A stretch of DNA of 24,337 bases from Prasinococcaceae sp. CCMP 1430 (Eukaryota > Plantae > Prasinodermophyta). The notes beneath the pieces are model-generated. The model did no database searches, was not told the origin of the DNA, and saw only the letters and a program-made list of their open reading frames with translations. How positions within the stretch are numbered: the stretch's first letter is position 1; every line of letters starts with the position of its first letter. The stretch spans positions 274,189 to 298,525 of the forward strand of contig RQSC01001079.1 in the NCBI GenBank assembly GCA_013416795.1, given 5' to 3'. Positions 18,761-24,337 of the stretch are shown in pieces. Position numbers and translations under genes: made by a program.

Positions 18761-21700
18761 TCAGTCGTAGCGCACCGTGGGCAGGATGTCCCCTTTCTTT
18801 GACGCCACGCTGTGCTTGTACCTGTCGAGCATCGCGCGCGCCCGACTCCCTGCGCTCGACCTCGATGGGCCCGCGCCCCCCCCCTCGCCGCCTGTCCCCT
18901 GGAACGGGGCGCGGCGAGCAGACTGCGATTCGAACACCGAGCTCCCAACCGCGCGTTTGACGGCACGCAGTGGGTCGGGCGGCAGAGCGGGTGCCCCCGC
19001 ACCGGGTGCCATGGGCCCTTGCGCCTCAAGAGGCTCGCTCTCGGCTGTGGCGCCAGCCGCGCCACTTGGCGCCGCACTGGCTGTGCCCGCGGCATTGGTG
19101 TTGTCCGAAGGGCCTTCGGGTCGCCCTTGCATCGCGAAGAAGTCGTTGGGGCCACGGCCAAAGCGAAAGCCCTGCACGCCGACATCTGGCTGGCGCGGGC
19201 TTAGCAGCAGCGCGTCGCCGCCCTCCATGGCCTTTCGCTCGAGCTCGGCATGGAAACCTCGCCGGGCAGGCGTACGGGAAAAGTCTGGCACCGGAGCTGG
19301 GGACGGTCGTGTAGGTCCAGTCGTATGCTCGCCGCCACCTGTCCGCCAAATACATCAAAGGAGGGATGTCGCGACGCGTCAGCACAGGGGGGTCAAGCAG
19401 TGCGCTCACTCGCCAGGTCTCAGCCGAGCGCACTCGGACAGGCGCTTCGACACGCCGGCGCGCGCGCACGCGCGAATGAGCGCACCTCCGTCGCCGAAAG
19501 CCCCGCCACCCATGAAGGCCATCCTCTCATCGGGCAGGAGTGCCTCTTGGGGCCTACCCGACATCTTGGCGAAGCGCACCTCGCCCTTGATGCGCCGCTC
19601 CCGAATGTCACGGCGATCGTCGGCCGACGCGACATCCAGTGGCATGAGCACATCGTTACCCTCCGCCTCGTCAACAGCAACGTCGACGAACGTCTTTCCG
19701 CGGGGGAGCTGCTTGTCGAAACCAACAACCTTTGTTTCCTGGAGCAGCCTACCCATTGCTGCGCTCGGTACACTTAGCACGAGCGTGTTGCCCTCATCGA
19801 CATCAACGTACGGCTCGAGCGCTTCGCGTGACGGGCCCGCGCCAAAGCTCTGCGCAGGCGCCGACGGTAGAGTCGCGTCGCGGGCGGCGGCTGGCTCGAT
19901 ATCCAGAGCGTCGCCAGCGGCTGGACCGGCTTCGTCCTTGGCACCAGCGCGCGTCGAGTTGTCGGCCGCCATGTTGACACCACCGGCCACTGCCTTGTCG
20001 ATGGTGGTGTACTTGACGTCATAGCTTCCTCCATCAAGGGTGTCATGTCCATAGGGATCCGGCGGTAGCTCGGTCCAGCCGCGCGGGCGCTGCATTTCAC
20101 GATCAAAGGGCAGCGAGCCGCAGCGCCAGAGCGAGTTAGCGTGTGCTTGCACTGGAGCGTCGGCGCGGGCACACTTGCACGGTCGAGCGATGCTCGATTC
20201 GCGCGATGCGCGCAACGCGCTCCTCACCTGCTTCTCGATATGAGCTGCCGTGGGCACGTGCGCGCGCAGGAACTCCTCGCCCGCCGAGGCGCCGTCTGCG
20301 TAGTCAAGACGCGATGTGTCCGTCGTCGGCATCTCAGCACCAAATCGTTCCGGACCGAATGCAAAGCCGGGCATTCCCTTGCCGCTGGCATCACGCAGCA
20401 CAGCGATGGCATCTGGGCCCACATTGAGGTCGAGGCGATCGCCCTCACGCCGCGCTCGCCTGAGCACCTCGGCGCTCACGCCTGGGAACCGCTCCTGCCC
20501 TGCGCCGAAGTCCACCGTTGCTTCGGAGCGGTGCTCGCTTAGCGTGGTCACGCTGCCAATGTCGAGCGGCGTGTCTCTGTACTCACTCGCCCGTGCGAGC
20601 TCTGGTAGCCTTACTTGCGCGTCAAGTGCAAAGTTGGGCACCGACACCGCAAGCGTACGACGGGTGGGGCCCACATCCGCATCATAAGAGCCGGGGGGTG
20701 GCACCTCGCCGAAGCTACCAGCGCCGCTGCTGAGCTCCCTGAGCGCCTGGGCAGTCGCGTCGATCGCAAAGGCGACCGGTCCCTCCCTGTGGCCGATAAT
20801 GACTGCCGGCGTAGACGGGAAGCGATGAGCGTCTGCTGTGGACACGTCGAGGCGCAAGACGTCCCCCTCGCGCTTGCCGCTGTGCTGCGCGATACCTCGT
20901 CCGGTGGGTGCCTGTGGAAAGGTCGGCCCGCGCCCATCCACGGCGCTCGAGATGGAGAAGTACTGGTCAATCCCATCGAAGTAAACACCAGGGCCGACTT
21001 TGTAATCCTCGATGGTGGGCGCGCGCTCAGTCCAGCGCTGGGCCTCGGGGAAGGTCGGCACGGGTACGGCTGTGCGTGAGGCATCGAGTGCCTCGCCACT
21101 CACAAAGTCTATATCTGCTGTCAGTGGAGCTGCATCGAAGGACGTGCCTTCGGCGCCGGCAGGGGGGCGCATGTGCACAGCGGTGCCGTGGTGCGGCAGC
21201 ACTGCACCCAGCGCGCGCATGATGTCAGCAGCCATCTCGTACGGCACATCCTCCTCGTCTCCTGTGGTGGTGCTCGGAGCTCCTTCGGCGGAGTGTCCGA
21301 TCCCGCGCGATGCTCTACCAAACGAGCCGCCCTTGATGCTGACCTCAGTGGCGTCGAGTGCGCCTCCCACGTCATAGCGTCCAAGTTCCGCTTTGTCCTC
21401 GAGACCCGCAAATCGCGACTTCGTGCCCGTGGGTGAGAATCGCTCCTGGGCGAGCCCGATTGCCACTGGGGTGGCCGTGCGGCGCTTGGTGAGCAACACA
21501 CCCGGTGTGACGTCGAGCCAAAGGTGCTGGCCCTCCATTGCGGCTGCGCGCCGTTTGGCGCGCACAATCGCGCCATGCACACCAGAGCTGTCGCCTGCGA
21601 CGCTGCCCCGCTGCTGCCATTGGGAAAAGGCGACAGGTACAAACGAGAATGCGGGCGCCCCCGGGAGCGTCGCGCGGACCGCTGCTTCGAGCTGGTCGAT

Positions 21701-24337
21701 GCTGAGCTCGCTCGGACCCTCGTCCCTGTCCCTGCCGCTCGTGAAGCCTCCCGCCCAGCCCGAGTTTGCCCACCGCTCCGCTGCTGCGCCGAACATCGCC
21801 GAGGGCACCGTGCGCTGCAGTCGCGCCCACGCGCGCTCAAGCCCGCTGTGATACTGGCCGACAGCAGCTTCACGCGGGTCAAGGGGCTTGCCCTTCTCCA
21901 ACAAGCCACGCTTAGCTGACAGGAAAGCAAATGCGGGTGGACGCTGACGCACGACACGGTCGTCCGCATGCAGCCACTGGTGTCCGCGCGGCGGCGGAGG
22001 TTCAGGTCCTTCAAAGAGCGACAAACCATCGGACTTGGCAAAAGTCCAGGCCGGGTGACGAGTGCGGACGAGGCTGTCGTTGCGCGCGGGATCCATCGTC
22101 GCGAGCAGCGCATCCGTAGCCGGGATGGCGCTCACCACGGTGTCACGATCGTCACGGCGCGCCCGCAAACTCAGACGATTCATCGCAGCAGCGGCCGCGC
22201 GCTCGTGGGCCGCGCGCAATCCGCCTCGAGCTCGTGGCTGCTGCATTGCCTTGACTGGTCGCGGGCCCCAGCTGCCTCCAACAACTCGTCGCTCGACGAG
22301 AGCAAATCTGACTGTTTCATGCTTCGCCCTCGCAGATGCTTCCGCCGAGGACGAGGTGCCGCTTCTCTCACCAGCAGAGCCGCCGAGCGTGCCTTCTCCA
22401 TCCTGTTTCGCGCGCCCGCGTCCCTGATGGCCCGTGTTGTACCTTCCGCTACCAAATGTTGCCACCCCCTTGATCCTGGGTCGGATGGCGTCGAGCGCCC
22501 TCGCGGCATCAAGCATTGACACTGGTGAAGCCTCCACGCTGGAAACGACTGAGCCATCGAAGCTGGCGTCGAGCGATTCCGCGGGAGTGAACGGCTCTGA
22601 GGAGCGCCCACGCATCTTAGTCCACGCAGCGCCCGCCCCTGGACAGCGCGGCTTGATGTGATTCATAGCCAAGCTGTAATCGTACTGGCCGGGTCCTGGC
22701 ACACGTCTCACGCGCGAGTGGGCCAGGTGCCAGCCGGCTGGCTTTGGCTTGGCTGACGGTGGCGCCATCTTAACACCGGCGGGCGCGCGCTTGATCGTGT
22801 CGTAGTTTGGATTGAGGTTGGTGACCTTCACTACCCGTTCGGAGCCGCCTGAACGCTTGCTCTTGGTGCTGCCCTCAGGCAAGATGAGCCCCCCAACTGA
22901 CCGGGGTTTCAACAACCTTGCACCCTTGTTCCATGCGTCCAACGTGCTCACTGGCGACGCACGACCCGATGAGCTCGCGCCGACGCCGTCGACGCTACTG
23001 CCGCTCTCGGATTGCGAGTCCACGTCCGGGGCGGGCGCAAATCGAGGTACACTTGAGAACGTCGCGGCGATCGTGCGCTTGAGTGTCGCGTCGTGTGCAG
23101 AGCGAATGTCGCGCTCGAGGTCCGCCTCGGCGCGTCGCCGCGCCGCCTCCTCGTCGCCGGTGCTGTCGCTGCCACACCCAATCCAGTAGTCGCCGCGGCC
23201 GGCGCCGCGTGGCGGCGCCTTGCCGAACGACAGCACGCAGCTGGCGCGCTCCACTGCGGCGTACGATACGCTTAGGTCCGCGGCACCCCGCTCCTTTAGA
23301 TCGGGCGTGGGCTCGCCGCTGACCTCGTCGCCACTCGCGCCCGTGTCCCCGAAGCGCGCCGCCTTGGCGAAGGCCGCTGACGGCGCGCTCCGACGCAGGG
23401 CGAGAGGCGCGCTGGGGTCCGGCAGCGGTCGCAAATCCTCCTCTTCCACAGCCTCCGCGGGGCCTCCGAACCTGCTGCCGCTACCCATCACAGCTGCGCG
23501 CGCGTGCGGCCGCACAACCTCCTCGCTGGGAGCGAGCAGCTCCCCGCCGCAGCCGCCCGCCTGCTGCGGCCGGCCAGCGCTCCCACCCAGCGGCACGGGC
23601 CTTCCCCCCGACAGCCGTGGCGCCCCCGCCCCCGCCCTTGCGCTGATTCCGCCTACGTCGGCCGACAAGCCGAACGCGCTCCGCTCGGGCATGTACTCGG
23701 GCAGGTACTCGGGTGGAGCCACCCCAGCGGTGTTCAGGTCGCGCGCATTCAGGTCGCGCCTCGGCCAGCTCTCCAGCGGCCTGCGCTTGCGCACAGCGCC
23801 CTTGATGCTTTCCCCCGGCCGCGTGCCTGCACGCTGCGCCTCGTCTTGCGCTCCTGCGCCATCGGCGCCGTCTGTCTCCTCGGCCACGTCTTCGCCCTCG
23901 TCCGGCGCAGCGTTATAATTATTACCCTCGGCTGCCCCGTCCACGGCAAGGCGCGCCGCGGCGGTACGCACGCGCGCAGTCGCCGCACCGACCACGACCA
24001 CCCCCGCGCACCGCTCCGGCAAAGGGAGCTGGCCTCTGCGCGCCGGATCGACGTCTTCGGCGACGTTGAGGGTGCGCTGTGCCGCCCCGTCGACGGCTGC
24101 CTCCTCGGCCTTGGGGAAGGGCGTCGCCGCCTCTTCGGCGCCCGCGAGCGCCGGCACGCAAATGCGCTCGCCAACGCACGCGCCTGGTAGCGCGCCCCCG
24201 CCCCCACCGGGGAGCGCGCTCGGCTGCGGCTTGTGCGGCGCGAGTGCGAACGTCTCGCGCGCAAGCGCGGGCCGCAGTGGGGCCACTGAGTCCGCGAGCT
24301 CGCGCCACTCCACCTCGCCCGCCCGCCGCGCCGCGGC
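18761..24337 (-). CDS. Very large low-complexity protein with PG-rich STPG/SHIPPO-like repeats (putative axonemal); 5' end outside window
   Basis: The frame is open from the window edge. Exons 24337-20228, 20089-19486 and 19338-18761; introns 20227-20090 (GTGAGG, CTAAC, TGCAG) and 19485-19339 (GTGCGC...GACAG). Motifs VPGPGQYD, VGPGVY and PPPGSYD, and recurring F-x(3-4)-R-F/W units. Confidence 0.7.

Noticed and set aside
1-24337. Most long ORF-track entries (e.g. 9471-11849, 4795-6438, 16453-17565, 18777-20024, 8659-9774)
   Set aside because: Arg/Ala-rich antisense or off-frame shadows expected at high GC; no motifs, and most overlap well-supported genes.

Overview
This is very GC-rich (roughly 70%), gene-dense eukaryotic nuclear DNA with GT-AG spliceosomal introns. 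It most resembles a prasinophyte-type green alga, which is an inference from composition, plant-type telobox Myb/SAR1/CYC1 and ciliary genes. The ORF track is dominated by GC-driven shadow ORFs. After manual splicing the window holds: the 3' part of a Lys/Ala-rich gene (+); an OATP/SLCO-like transporter cut by an N gap (+); the multi-exon 5' region of a minus-strand gene whose main ORF is not visible; a telobox-Myb/Zn-ribbon/Tudor-like gene (+); TBCE (-); cytochrome c1 (+); ARL3 (-); an unannotated spliced 76-aa microprotein (+); CSN3 (-); SAR1 (+); and a >1,800-aa PG-rich (STPG/SHIPPO-like) repeat protein running off the window (-). The most interesting signal is at 2770-4361 (-). There, 9-nt and 24-nt coding pieces plus a third exon splice into a 26-aa peptide that resembles, from memory and unverified, the conserved uORF of plant LHW bHLH genes. 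Two further short ORFs follow, each linked by an ATGA stop/start overlap. All splice models are manual predictions without transcript data.
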